From assembly GCA_964016885.1 (NCBI GenBank), contig OZ024746.1:68882001-68946000 (forward strand): DNA of 64,000 bases, in the 5' to 3' direction. The translations under genes and the position numbers were made by a program. The stretch is from Eledone cirrhosa. Its lineage: Eukaryota. Below, one piece after another: positions 35,980-49,844 of the stretch; the stretch's first letter is position 1; the number at the start of each line of letters is the position of its first letter. The notes below the pieces were generated by a model. The model ran no database searches and was not told the origin of the DNA. It saw only the letters and a program-made list of their open reading frames with translations.

Positions 35980-36615
35980 CCAGCTATAGGCCTATCATAT
36001 CTGTCCTTGATGTGGAAATTACTGGATAACCAAGTGCCTAGAAATCTTCAAGGTGGCGGACAACATCAGACTGCTATTAAGTAATAGCATAAAGAACTGG
36101 GAATCAGGGCTAACATCTAGGGAAGAATCCTTGGGAAGAGTGAAAATCAAGAGAGGTAGTTTGTCTCCTTTATTGTTGTCCTTACCCTCATATCCTTGTC
36201 CCATGTATTGCAAAGAGGGAAGGCAGGATATGAACAGAGAAGAGGAGAGCTTATCATCAACCACCTCCTCTTCATGGATGACCTAAAACTCTTTGGGAAG
36301 AGTGAGGAGTTGAATGTATTTGTTGATTCTGTATTTTCAGCAATGACATATGTATGGAATTTGGTGTTAATAAGTGCAGAGTCCTAGTGATGAGAAGAAG
36401 TAAATTGAAGAGAAGCAAAGGAATCAAGGAACCAACAAGTGAGATGATAAAGGAGATCAACACCAAAGAGGGATTTGGGTATTTGGGTGTTGTGGAGGCA
36501 GATAACATCACAGACAATAATATGAAGGAGATGATCAGATCTGAATACATAAGGAGAGTGAGGAACATACTAAAATCACAGCTGGATAGTAGAAATACCA
36601 TAGGTGCAGTAAATT
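35980..36615 (+). pseudogene. Degenerate R4/Dong-like LINE RT
   Basis: INHLLFMDDLKLFGKSE, MEFGVNKC, YLGVVEAD and EYIRRVRNILKSQL in broken frames. Confidence 0.7.
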
Positions 36616-36666
36616 CATCATCATCATCACCATATTATGTCAACTGTTTCATGCTTGCATGTATTG

Positions 36667-36697
<31 letters not shown>

Positions 36698-36802
36698 CTT
36701 CTTCTTCTTCTTCTTCTTCTTCTCCCCCTCCGCCTCCTCTTCTGCCACCCCACCATGACCATGAGACAGGCTAACACCTAAACAGTGAGTAGTTAATACA
36801 AA

Positions 36803-36883
<81 letters not shown>

Positions 36884-36929
36884 CATACAGTTCACACATT
36901 CCAGGAATATTAAATTGGTAAAAAAGAAA

Positions 36930-38075
36930 GACCTATCCTTATTTAGTGAAATGGAAAATGGAGAGAAACCCAACCTGAAAAAATAAAGAGGGACCAAAAT
37001 CACTAAAAATGATATCAATAAAAAAGAAGACAATCTGGAGGAAAAAGAAAAGTTTAAACTGATTATTTATATCAGCCAAAATACATACAAAATAAAATAT
37101 TCTGAAAAATGTGAACACTTCTTCCAGGAGAATCAAATACCAAAAACTTTTTTTTCTTCTTATAGGGCCATTAATGAAAAAATAACACTGGAGAACATAC
37201 CAATATTAATGGAAATTCAAGCATATAACTTGCTTGCTAACAATATTCAAAGTCCTTTCATCTCTACTCAATAACAGGCTGGTTACTGACCTGGAGAGTA
37301 ATAACATATGACCAGATGAGCAGAAAGGATTGTAGAAAAGTATAGATGACTGTAAAAAGTAGTTACTGGGGATTGAAAATATAATAGAAAATAGCAAAAG
37401 GAGAAAAATTAACAAACAAAAAAAACATAGCTTCGGTTGATTACCAAAAAAGCATTTGATAGTATACTACACTCTCAGATATATTCCACATAAATAATAT
37501 AGCCTTATTACTAACAATGAACATCAACTATAGCTTGTCATAATAGAAAGCAGCCATGTCAATATTAAACAAAGAGAAGATAGTTAAAACCAACACAACA
37601 TCCATAAGGAGAGAAATCTCCTTATGAAGCCAAGTAAGTTCCTTACTACCTATACTCAGGGCTGTGGATTGGCAGTATTGGTAGAGCATTGGACATGATG
37701 TGCAGTATAGAGATGTGTCCCTTTATATTCTGATCAACTTTGGCTTTCATCCTTATGGGGTCAATGAAATAAAGTACCAGTAACACACTGAGGTAGATTT
37801 AATTTAATTTCCCCTTCTCTTCAAATAGCTGACCTTGTGTCAATATTAGAAAGAATTATTACTCATATTCTTTTGCTCAGCTCTGACTTCATTAATGTTA
37901 AATGAGACAACTAATGGTTATAGATTCTAAGGACAAACTATAAACTATCTCCTTTATATGGATGACTTAAAAGTATTCATAAGGGACAATTCTCTATTAG
38001 AAAACCTAACTTTTATTGTTCCTAAATTCAGGTAAGACATAAGAATATACATGAAATTAAACAAATGTGTCAAAG
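36930..38075 (+). pseudogene. Second, highly degenerate R4/Dong-like RT relic
   Basis: DYQKAFDSI near 37440 and LLYMDDLKVF near 37950. Confidence 0.55.
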
Positions 38076-38679
38076 CTATTATTCATTTCAATTTTATTTT
38101 TTTCAACCCATAACTCCTAGTGGATGTGTAGATAGATGGATAGAGAGAGAAAAAGATTGAGAAACATACATACATACATAAACTAATATACACTGACACA
38201 CATCCAATAAAGGTTTGTCTGCTTGATGTTTTTATTTTGCTCCATTTTTTTACTGCATTTTTCCCCATACATTTTACAAATACTGAAATATATGTAATCT
38301 ATTTGGGGTAATGTATCCTTAATCAGTTCCACGTTAAATCTTAGATTGCTTACATTGTTAAACATGCCAATAATCACAAATATCTGAAAAAAACAATTAG
38401 TGGAACCGATTCCAAAAATAAGTAATGATGACTGTTCTCAGAAACGGCATCATTAACAGGCCTCTCCTAATAAAGAAAAAAATAGGAAAAACAGAGTAAA
38501 AATTATTTCTTTTAATTCTTTCTTTCAAAATTCTGTTAGCTTCAGGGAATCATTTCAAGAAATTATTCAAACAAAGATTTTTTGATTTTTTTTTTAAATT
38601 TTCATTCTAATCTTGATCCAAAGAAAAATTTGGTTTCTATAAAAATGATGATCATTGGTGTCTGTAATTGCAATGACTT

Positions 38680-39390
38680 TCACTGTGATGATGGTATCGT
38701 TTTGATAGCAACATCACCAGAGACACTCCAAAGAAGGCTTGATGAGTTGCAGATGATCTGAAGTGAGTATCAGCTTGAGATCAACACTGGGAAGACAAAG
38801 GTCATGGCAGCTACCTGGTAACCAGTGCAGCTGAGTATTCACAGTTGAGGAGTTATGCTAGCTCAAGTGGAAAAATTCAAATACCTGGGAACCAACATAG
38901 ATCAAACAGCAAATGGTAGCCATAAGATCAGAGCTTGGCAGGAAGCAGCAAGATCTGCTTTTAGGTTCTTCAGCACCCCGTGGAAAGATCAACACCCTGT
39001 GGAAAGAGAAGCTTCTGAAGACCCTAGTTTGGGTGATGGCACTATCTGGCTGCACGACCTGGACACTAAAAACCACTGATGTTAACAAACAGATATCATT
39101 TGAAACAACATGTTGCAGCTGGGTACAGAGAGACAGATGGTCATAATCAAAAGGAATTACTTTGGCATTGTCATCAGGGCTCAGAACCTCTGCACCCACA
39201 TCCTGGAGGGACGCATCTATAGCAGAAGATAGAGAGGAAAACCAAGAAGATGCTGGAGTGATGATATCAGGAAATGGATGGGAAGAACACTCATGGAGTA
39301 CATGATCATGGTGAGGGTGAGGAGCAAGTGGAGAGCATCCATGGTCCCTAACCCTCAGTAATGTGGATGGGAAAAGAAGAAGAAAGAAGA
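38680..39390 (+). pseudogene. Degenerate RTE-like LINE RT C-terminus
   Basis: LEINTGKTKVM, QVEKFKYLGT, LEGRI..RRGKPRRCWSDDI and a (GAA)n-like tail. Confidence 0.65.
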
Positions 39391-39449
39391 AAAATATTTA
39401 TATCTGCATTAATTACTGCTAAAGTCTAACTTTTAATATTTGTCAGTAG

Positions 39450-39735
39450 TGTATGGGAGAGAAGACTGCATTGGTATGGACATGTGATGCACATGGAGGA
39501 TAACCGCTGGGTAAAGAAGTGCCAAGAAATTCCAGTGGAAGGAAGACGCAGTAGAGGAAGACCATGAAAATCATGGGCGGAGGTGGTGAGAGCTGACCTC
39601 AGATCGCTGAAGTTCACGGAGGAGATGATGAAGGACCGTGACAAATGGAGAGATGCTGTGCTGAATAGGACTCGTCCCACCCTTGCAAGCAGGGAAAAGC
39701 GAACGTAAAATGATGATGATGATAATGATGATGAT
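39450..39735 (+). mobile_element. RTE LINE 3' fragment, subfamily with a short 3' UTR
   Basis: RRLHWYGHVMHMED...GRP; ends cgtcccacccttgcaagcagggaaaagcgaacgtaaaa(tga)n. Confidence 0.82.
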
Positions 39736-39852
39736 GACATAGAATGTTTTGGAGACATACTTATAGTTGACTTTCCATTGCAGCTACTGCAGCTTTGCAT
39801 TGTAGCTATTGCAACATCAGCAGAGAGGAGCAGTTACAATTCTTTAGTCATT

Positions 39853-40038
39853 AATTGTTTCTACTTTTGGTACAAGGCTAGTAATTACCCAGTACATTAC
39901 TGGTACTTTATTTTATCGACCCCGTAAGGATGAAAGGCAAAGTTAACCTCGGCGGGATTTGAACTCAGAATGGCAAGGGCCGTAACTCTATGCGTCAAAG
40001 CATGGCATCCGACGCCTCTACTGATACTGCCAATCCAC
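39853..40038 (-). mobile_element. SINE family B
   Basis: Reverse complement of the 11594-type copy. Confidence 0.85.
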
Positions 40039-42263
40039 TCATTAATGATGCTGCATTCTAAGTTGAAGTACTGTTGGTGCTTATGAGGTGGGGTTTTGGA
40101 CTAGCCATACTGGTGTATGTCTCTGCCATTTTCAGAACTAATCATTGGTTGGCACTGCACCTTTAAACCGATTTAAGGCAAAACTAACCTCAACCTCAGT
40201 TAGATTTGAATTCAGAATGTAAAGGGATGTAACTATATGCCACATAGCAAGTTGTCCGACACTCTACTGATACTGCCAATCTACATCATATGATGGGTAA
40301 TTTTGGAAGCACACTTTTGCCATTGTGATTATCAAGTATGACATATATACGATAATTATAATTTAATTTTTTTTCGAATTTCATTGTGCTTATACAAAAT
40401 AATATTAATTCAACATTTTTGATACCAAACTGCCTGTAACTGCCCTGGATTTATTAAATTAAACTGCTCATTTAAACATATTTATCCTTATATTAAAACA
40501 TTCCAACATGATTATATTTTTAGATTTTTTTGTAAAACAATGTTCTAAATATTAGCTTGATAATTTTATTAAATTTCTTGTTATTTTATTCAATTTCTTG
40601 AATTTTTTTGTTATTTTCAAAATTAATTGAAATACATAGGCTGTGTATTTCATTAAAAGTATGGTAGTGGAAAGGTTTAAAAGGAAAAAGAACTTCAAAA
40701 ACAGAATAAATGTTTACCAGTAATATTATTCATTGTTACTTTAGGATGGTGGATTATAGTATCTAGTTACAACTTTCTGAGTTCTGCTGAATCATTAGAG
40801 CCTTGGATTTCTTACATCCTTTATAAAGTAGAGAAGGCTTTTTATTCAAGTGAATGACTGACACCCCCCCCCCCTAGTGTTGGTGCCATAATAAAATGCA
40901 CCCAGTAGACTCTGTAAAGTGGTACCATAATAAAATGCACTAAGAACACTTTCTAAAATGGTTGGTGTTACGAAGGGTATCCAAATCTAGAAAACTTACC
41001 AAAAATAGAGGTGAGAGAACTCGTCAGTTGTGTCAAGGACATAACAACCTCCTTAGTGTTATTGCCATGATAAGATGCTCCCAATTCACTCTGATAAGTA
41101 GGAATGTTCCTCATGAAAGTGGCTCCATTTGGCCACTGACCATGTCTGTGATAATCCATCTAACCTATAGATGGATTAATGGAAAAATGGAAGTTAAATG
41201 ATGATGGTGATACATACATGCATGTATACATACATAGATATATACATACATACAAGCATACATACATGTATACATACATGCATGCATACATACACACATA
41301 TATACATTCATATATGTATCTAAATGGGACAAACCTGTCTAAACCATGCTAGTCTTGAAGATAGATGTTAATCGATGATGATGATGATGATGATGATGCA
41401 TATATACATACATGCATGCATACACTGTAGAGAAATAGTGAGAAAGGGAGAGAGAAAGGAGGCAGTGAGAGAGAGAGAGAGAAAGAGAGAATTATTACAA
41501 AATGGAGTAGTGAATACTGTTAATCAAGTGATTTAAAGGCCAAAGATCAACATTATGACATTGTCTTCAGTTCTCTGTGTGTGTCTATGTGACCTTAAAG
41601 CTATAATAACTCTCAACCAAATGTGTGTGTGTCATCAAAGCTATAGTGACTTGGCTAAGCTATCCACTCCACTATCATACACAGCATTAACATAGTTAGT
41701 CTTAGCCCTCTATATACAATTATTTTGAGATCATCTTTAACCAAATCTGCTCAAAATTTAAGTAAAAAGGTTTTTTTAATGTAAAAAAAATGGGGGTGGG
41801 GTAATATGTTTAAAAGAATGGAAATACATATCTATAAAGATATAGAAAAATGCACAGAAAATACTTAAATTCCGGTTTAAAATCAAGACATGACTTTTTC
41901 CTGTTATATTATTTCTGTTCATCATAGGATTATATTATCCAATGTGACATTTTCAATTTGGAAAGATTTGGATGCTATTTTTAGCAAGTTGAATGACCAC
42001 ATTGAGCTGTGAACATATGAATGTTGCTTGAAGTTGTGTAATAGATATTCAAATAACTAGCTAGAGATTTGTGGTGCCCTTGTTGGTGTTTAGCCCCAGA
42101 TCAACCATCACTGATCAGACCTATGATCAAAGGCATTCAAGCTTTATACTATCCTATCATATTTTTAAGACCTTGTCTATCTAGGACTATATCTTCTAAT
42201 GTGTCCTTCCTATCATTAGAACAGTAGGGTGTGATTTCTAGCAAGTTGAGAGACAATATAGAG

Positions 42264-42580
42264 CAGTGATTCCCAACGTGGGGAACACGCTCCACAGAGG
42301 AGTTATTTGAATATTTAAGGGGAGCAGTTTGAAAATGATGTTAATGAGAACAAACTTCAGGTCTTACTTTATTACTTTTACACCAAGGCAACTTTGGTAC
42401 ACATTACTGTCAGTAACTCTTGTCTCACCTCCTCTATTCAGGTTATTGTGCATCTGGCACATTCTGTTTGCCAATTTGATTATCTTTGCAGTTGATCATT
42501 GCTGTTTTCATATCAATGTGGGGCAAAACAATTTTGAGATGTGAGATGGGGCATGAGGCACAAAACATTGAAAACCACTG
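42264..42580. mobile_element. hAT-type MITE (CAGTG termini, 8-bp TSD atatagag)
   Basis: cagtgattcccaa...ttgaaaaccactg; TSD at 42256-42263 and, displaced by the CR1, at 45530-45537. Confidence 0.7.
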
Positions 42581-45529
42581 ATAATAATGAAATTATTGTG
42601 TACAGTGCTCAGGTGCACTACAACTCATCAAAGGTGCATGTATAGTACATAGAATAATGTACAAATGTCAGGAAAATGAACAGTGTATGAGTCATGATAT
42701 AATAACAATAACAATAATGAAATATTGTGTACAGTGCCCAGGTGCACCACAACTCATCAAAAAAGTGCATGTACAGTACATAGGGCAATGCACAAACATC
42801 AGTAAAATGAACAGTGCACGAGTCATGATACACACATGTGTTCATGTGTATGGAAGGGGTACATCAGGTGTAGTTTTGGCGTATTTCGGGAAGCATGAGT
42901 GTCTTAAAGGATGCAGTGTCTCGGCAGCTAACAACTGACGCAGGCAGTTTGTTCCATGCTTCAGCAACTCTGAGCGTGAAAAAATGTCTGCGAAAGTCAT
43001 GGGAGCTGTGCTGTTTTCTTATCTTGTAGGCATTTCCACGTGTGTTAGACACATGGAGATCAAAGAGGCGCTCAGGGTTGCAGTTGGCGAGATGGTTAAA
43101 AACTTTGTGGGTATTCACCAAGTCCATTGCCAGACGTCGGAGCTTCAATGAATCCATGCCCAGGGAAGCAAGGCGTTCAGAGTATGGTAGGTGTCTGATG
43201 GAGGGTATGCGCTTGGTTGCACGTCTCTGAACAGTTTCCAGGAGGTCAATGTTCCGAGCAAGATAGTGGTTCCAGACTGATGATGCGAATTCCAAGTGTG
43301 GTCGCACCATAGCTGTATACAGTTTTAAATAGATGGCTGGAGAGCGGCTAACAAAGGTCTTGCTGAGTGATGCCAAGACACCCTCGGCCTTCTTGACAAT
43401 CTTAGAGACATGCTTTGTCCAACGCAAATCGTTGCTGACAGTAATGCCCAGGTCACATTCACAAGAGGACTTTTTGATGTCAGTGTTGTGGAGGGAGTAT
43501 GTGGACGCTGGATTTTTCCTTCCAAAATGCATGGTGGTACACTTGTCCACAGCCAGCTTCAGTTGCCAGTCTGTGATCCATTGCTGCATTGTGTCCAGGT
43601 CTGATTGTAGGAAAGAGTTGTAAATTTCAGGATCAGTCCTTTTGATTTCAAGGTACAGCTTGATGTCATCTGCATATTTTAGTACCGTGGCATTCTGTAA
43701 GTTGGCATCTATGTCATTAATATATGCCACAAACAAAAGAGGACCAAGAACAGATCCCTGTGGTACACCAGATGACATCTCATATGGTGAAGAATGCTGT
43801 CCTAGAACCATGACTACTTCCTTTCGGCTGAGAATGAAGGATTTCAGCCAGTCGAAAAGATCATCCCTCACACCCATTGCAGAGAGTTTTGCCATAAGTC
43901 TTTTGTGTGGCACAGAATTAAAAGCCTTAGCAAAGTCAAGGTAAACAACATCCACCCATGAGCCGCTGTCAGTGATCCGGGTGATGTCCTCAAGGAACTC
44001 GATAAGCTGATCACAGCAGCTGGAGTTAGGGATAAATCCAAACTGTGAGGGCCGGATGAGGCTGTGAGAGCTCCAGAAGTTCCAAAGTGTTTCTCTGACA
44101 CAGGATTCCATCAGTTTGGCCATACAGCTAGTAAGACTGACTGGACGATAGTTGACAGGTGACATGCGGTTGCCCTTTTTGAACAGGGGAATGACACTGG
44201 CAGTTTTCCACTGCTCCGGAGTAGTACCATTGCTGAGACAGTATTGAAAGAAAAAAGAAAGCTGGCGCAAAAGGAAATCCCCGCCACGTTTGAGAAGCAG
44301 GTATGTCACACCATCAAGACCAGGGGAGGCATAGTTGCGCTTATTCTTAAGGTGACGTCGCAACATTGCAGGTGTAAATTCAATAGTTGTTATGGAATTT
44401 GATGTTAGAGATGGTGGAGATGGTACATTTTGGTTTTCAACAGTAAAAATACTTGCATAGCACTCAGCAATGAGTTCTGCGCATTCCTTGGGATCGTCCA
44501 GTGATCTGGCTTGTGTGGGGATTGCGAAGAGGACCAACTGGAGAGTGAGGTCTCTGCTTTGAATGAACATATTTCCAGAACACCTTACTGTCAGGATTGG
44601 TTGCGATGCACTGTTCAAATTCAAGCACTGCCTTCTTTGTCACTTGCTTGAGATGGTTAGAAGATTTATTCCGCTTTTTTCTGTTGGCATCTGATCTATG
44701 CAGTTTATATTCCCGTTCAGCGTTCCGACGTTCTTTCCTGGCAAGTCGGACCGCTGAAGTTTCCCAGATTGCACTTTTGGGGTGGTTATTTTTCCGCTTC
44801 CGTGGCACTGATGCTGCACACGCTATCCATATTGAGTCCAGGATGCTCTGGAGTATAGAGTTCACATCTCCAGAGTTATACATCTCATGCCAGTTTGGGC
44901 GCTGTAGCTCAGTGCAGTACAAGTTCCAATCCGCCCTCTTCCAATCAAAGCAAGCAGATTGGAGATGGCTCTGGTTTTTGTTGCTGCCCTCAAGTGCCAG
45001 ATTGGCAATGATCATAGCATGATCAGAGTCGCCTAGAGGTTCCTCAGTAGTACAACTGATAACCACTTCAGGAGTAGTGGTGAAGATCAGGTCCAAAGTG
45101 TTGTCACCTCTTGTTGGAGAGGTGACTACTTGTGACCAGTTTGAGTCCAGCACTAGTTCAAGGAAATCGTTTGCACCCTGTGGCCAACGAAAGGTTTCCC
45201 AATCGATCTCAGGATGATTGAAGTCACCTGCAATAAACACATAAGTGGCTGTTTTCTTGGCAGCAACTCTGAGGATATCGCAAACCTGTGTGTCCTGATG
45301 GTAGTTTGGGGGGGGGGCGATAAACAACACCAAGCAGAAGTGTTGACATGGTCATACGTATGTCACAGAAAAAAACTTCTTCCTGTGATTCGTTCAAATC
45401 AACGCAAGGAATTACCGAAAAGTTTGAACGAACGTAGACCATCACACCACCACCACGGCGGTTAATGCGGTCCTTGCGGAAAAGGTTGTACCCAGTAATG
45501 GTGAAAACCCCATCACAGAGTAAGGAATG
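42581..45529 (-). mobile_element. CR1-clade LINE (APE endonuclease plus RT), 5'-truncated, frameshifted
   Basis: APE motifs (FRKDR..RGGGV, GDFNHP, PTRGDNTLDLIF, SDH) and RT motifs (YLDFAKAF, GVPQGSVLGP, YADD). CR1 C-terminus RPHLEFASSVW..QRRATK..YSERL..TRGN..FFTLRVAEAWNKLP; (TTA) tail. Confidence 0.92.
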
Positions 45530-45965
45530 ATATAGAGGATCTCTTGTTAGTTCAGCGCAGAGAAATTGTTTGTGTGTGTAGTGGGGAATTGTATGAAAGC
45601 ATTATCACTTAGTTTGAAATAGGTATCATAATTTATTTTAATTTAATCACTTATGTATAAAAATATATAATCTATAATAATTTCAAATGATTGAAGCCCA
45701 AACATGCATAATAAAGGGTTAAATATGGTGTTTTATTTATATTTTTTCAGTCTAAAAGACACTCATCAATGAATATATGATTTATCGGCCAAAGTTTGAA
45801 AAAACATAAGCTTTAGTTGAAGTTATCCTCAAAGCAGTTTAAAATAGAAGGAACAGATTATAGATTTTGGGGTATATATTTTCCTTTTCCTCACCTAAGT
45901 GTGAATAAAAGGTTGAACATTTTATGAATAAAACACTACGTTTAATTTTTAATAACACATTGCTT

Positions 45966-46136
45966 GATTGGCAGTATCGGTAGAGGGTCGGACGGCTTTG
46001 CAGCAAAGAGTTACGGCCCTTTCAAATCCCGCCGATGTTAACTTTGCATTTCATCCTTACGGGGTCGATAAAATAAAGTACCAGTAATATATTGAATTAA
46101 TTGCTGGCCTTGTGCCAAAAGTAAAAGCAATTATTA
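45966..46136 (+). mobile_element. SINE family B
   Basis: Similar to the 11594 copy. Confidence 0.8.
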
Positions 46137-46394
46137 TATGGTCACAATGCTTTCTAAAATTACCTCGAAACTCAATAATATATAAACTATAATATTTTCC
46201 TGTCTTAAAAATAAAGATGACTACTACAAAAAATAAAACAAGAAAAATATATATATCAGTTAGTATATAAACAATTTATATTTAAAAAATAACAGTGGGG
46301 AAGATACGCACACTCAATCACCATCATATATTTATTTAATCTACGTTTTAAATGGCTTAAATTATCCATGTCTTATACGAAAATACAGCGGCTG

Positions 46395-46495
46395 AAAATT
46401 GGTTGCTAGGTTTTTCGCAAAGAGTTATGGGATTGGTGTTTGTATTGTTGAACAGCGGGAAGATGGTGAAAGATGTTTATAGTTGGACTTTTGAA
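46395..46495 (+). promoter_or_regulatory. Putative TICRR cell-cycle promoter
   Basis: Two inverted CCAAT boxes 34 bp apart (46398, 46432), E2F-like ttttcgc (about 46412) and gcgggaa (46455), CHR-like TTTGAA (46490). Confidence 0.45.
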
Positions 46496-46633
46496 CTTTC
46501 CTCTCTTGAATTTGGAATTTATGGAATTTTACTGAATATCGTCTGTTTGTTCCTGTTTATGTGAAAATGTATTATTTAATATGAATGTAGATAAAGAGAT
46601 GTTGTGTGAAGAAACTAAATTTTGAATGTCTGC

Positions 46634-47683
46634 ATGTGTGATAAACCGAAAGAAATGTATCTCGATCGCCGTCAGAAATACCAAGTGGTTTTTCTTATTG
46701 ATAAATCATTGAAAAATCTTCGTCCTGCAACCAACAATGATGAAGGAGAACAAGAGAGGAATTCTGCACACAAATCCAGTGAAGTTTTGTCGTCTCCTAA
46801 GTCTATATCTCAAAATCGAGAGTCTAACGGTGTTCCACCGAAATCATATACATGGCAGTCTATATCTGTATCGTCTTTCCGTATTCTTTCTTACTTGTTT
46901 TCGCAAATTCAACCTCACGTTGCTTCAGACCACGACACTTCAAACTTTTCAAATGATGTCAGTTCAAATTTAAACAGCCGTTTAAGTGGTGCTGTGAACC
47001 ATTTAGTTGGTAGCAGTAACCAATGTAATGACCAAAGTGATAGTTCCGCTGAAAATTTGAAGGAGCAAAGTCGACAGATCGTGTATTTGAAGCGAAAACA
47101 AGCATCTCTTCAATGGAGCTATAAACTTTTTGATTCCAGAAAACTCATTGGTAAGACCGAACATCACAAATTCAACGACTTTAAACTTAGACATTTCGAA
47201 GAATTCGAGAAAGAATTACAGAGACAGTTCGAAGATGATGATGGTTCCAGCACATCGACCCAGCCAAGTAGTAAAGTTGACAATAATAAAGTCAACAGCG
47301 GAGCTTCCTCCGACCGGAGAAAGTCCAACACTCCATCGGCAGCTGAATGTTTGAAAAGAACTTTATCTTATGCCGTCTACGACTTTCATTGGGAAAGTCC
47401 AGATATCACATCACCTATCAGGAAGATCGGAAGGCGCAGTATTCGATCTTCGAGAAAACAGGACATTACTACACGTGAGACTTCTCCACACAACTTGGTT
47501 TTTCTTTTCCAGAGATGTCCAACCAATAAAATGGAATTTAAAGAATTTGCAGCTAAACTTGTTGTCGATTCAGAAGTGTTTTTGGATTCATTCATGCCTC
47601 CAGCTCTGTTTAGAGAATTTCGAGTAAATCGAAACCTATCGCTCTATTGGGTTGACCAAGATTGGCTGAAGAATGAAGAAAAG
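46634..47683 (+). CDS. TICRR: Treslin exon 1 (N-terminal conserved domain)
   Basis: QVVFLID, LQWSYKLFDS, FEEFEKEL, DFHWESPDITSP, VFLFQRCP and LYWVD match the treslin N-terminus; ends AAG/GCAAGA, phase 0. ATG at 46655 is an alternative start. Confidence 0.88.
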
Positions 47684-48867
47684 GCAAGAAATCACTATTA
47701 TTATTGTTATTGTTCATGTTGACTGGCAGAATCGATAAAGCATCGAACAAAATGCCTTGCGGCATCTGTTCCTGTTTTCTATATTCCGGGTTCAAATTCC
47801 GTCGGGGAGGGAGCAATAAAATAAAATACAAGTGAACGTGCTAGGGTCGATTTAATCGATTTACCATCTTTCCTCAAATTTCTGGCATTGTGCCTTGTAA
47901 GCAACATTTTTATATTGTTTAAACCCTGATCGGATAGATGTTGTTGTTTAACCCTAAGTCACACCTGATTGAGCAAGACTACGTTTAAAAGCATACTAGC
48001 CGTGACCACCTCGTTTCAGGAATAGTGTATATCGAACCATATTATCCAATGTGTCATTTCTTCAGTAGAGAGATTCGAAGGAGATTTGATTGCTATTTCT
48101 AACAGATGAAACGTCTATAAAGGCTTTCTTGGCACAATGTGTGATCGTAAAATAACCCATTCTAAATGTTGTTTAACTCTAGGTCGTCTCTCACTGAATA
48201 CCTACCATCAATGACATGCAAGTTTTGTTTTTTTTTAATATTGATGTTATTAAGGAATATTTAGTTGCAATTCTTAGCAGATCATATGACCACGTAGATA
48301 ACCTCATCGGTTTGTTGATATCTATCTATGACTGTACCAGATTTAAATCCCTCTCATAATGTTCGTAAACTATTGGTCTATCTTGTTTACCTTTGAATGC
48401 CAATATAATGATAAATCGATTGTTAATCATCACCCCCCAACCCTCGCCCTCTATTCAGCATATTTTCTTTTTTTTTTAATTATCTTTTAGTTCAACTGTT
48501 CATGATTGCTAACGAGTCAGCTAGGGAGACTACGTAACTGTTCAGCCTGCTAGAAATAGGAGTCAAATTTTTTTTAAATTACACCCCCATCGTCGTTAAA
48601 AAAAAAAGGAAAAGAGTTCATCGAATAATATAGCTTAAAAATAAGACGAGTTGGTCACATCCTGAATGTCTTTGATGTGTCTTTTCGATCAAATTAAACT
48701 CAGTTAATCTGCAAAAACAACTAAATTTGTTTATTGTGAGATCAACACGTGGAGAATAAAATAATTGTTTTTGTTTGATTAGGTAAACAGAAAACAACAT
48801 AGCAAAACGATGCAGTACAATGAAGATATATATTAGTTTAATGCTTGATTTAATAGGAAAAGTTTAT

Positions 48868-48900
48868 TAATGTTTCGGACGTTAGTCCTTCGTCAGAAGA
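48868..48900 (-). ncRNA. Degenerate minimal hammerhead core in TICRR intron 1
   Basis: Minus strand: CTGACGA-a-ggac taac gtcc-GAAA-catta; stems I and III are poorly preserved. Confidence 0.45.
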
Positions 48901-48992
48901 TAGAATGAGAAATAAAAGAATAGAAAGATAGCTGAGAGCGAGAAGAGGAGGAAATGGAAATGTTTATATGAAAGTTTCTTTTAATTTTTCAG

Positions 48993-49416
48993 GTCTCCAG
49001 TGAAATGGTAGAATCAATCAATATTGTATCTGATGCTTTAACACAACTAGGAGGAAGACTTATGCCTTTAGATGCCTTAGTAAACACTGGTAAAATATAC
49101 TGGTCCTCTCTCCATACTATATTAAGGCAAACTGAGGAAAGGTCTTCTTTAATAAAACATAAACATTCAAATGTAAATGAACAAAGTATAAGCAATAGTA
49201 GTAGTACAGATGTCAAGGAAGATACATCAAAAGATGAGGATCATTCTCCAGATAAATGTAATAATCAACCATCTAGATGTATTCTACCTCTGACTTGTCT
49301 ACTTGACTATTTCATCTCGAAACCAACCAATTGTAGTGTCACATCAGTTAACAATTCCAGCCAAATTACTAACCCAAGTAAAATCTCCATTCAGGCAAGA
49401 TTAACATATCATAAAG
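48993..49416 (+). CDS. TICRR: Treslin exon 2
   Basis: tttttcag acceptor, phase 0; open frame (ALTQLGGRLMPL); G/gtaagt donor, phase 1. Confidence 0.85.
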
Positions 49417-49844
49417 GTAAGTTTCTTACTTAAATATTTTTCTTATGGAATCAATAAAATGAGTTTTTTTAGGTTTTATGTCTGTCGGCATAAGTTGGAC
49501 AAGACTTTTGAAAAGATGCTGATCTTTGCTTGTTGAAATGCTGAGAAAGATGTCATGAGCAAATAGAGATAAACACGTGTACGTACACATATACATACAA
49601 TGGGTTTCCACTCACTTTCCACCTACCATGTTCACTCGGTTTTTAGAATAGATATGCCATATCCCTGCATATCACAACAGGCAACTAAAAGGGTTGGTGT
49701 CAGGAAGAGAATCCAGTTGTAAAACATTGTCTCAGAATATTCCATATCCAACCCATGCTGGCATGGAAAAGTAGACATAGAAAACAATGTGGATGAAGTT
49801 GATTTTGATGATAAAGGCATTGGTCAGCCTGGTGTTATAGTAGA

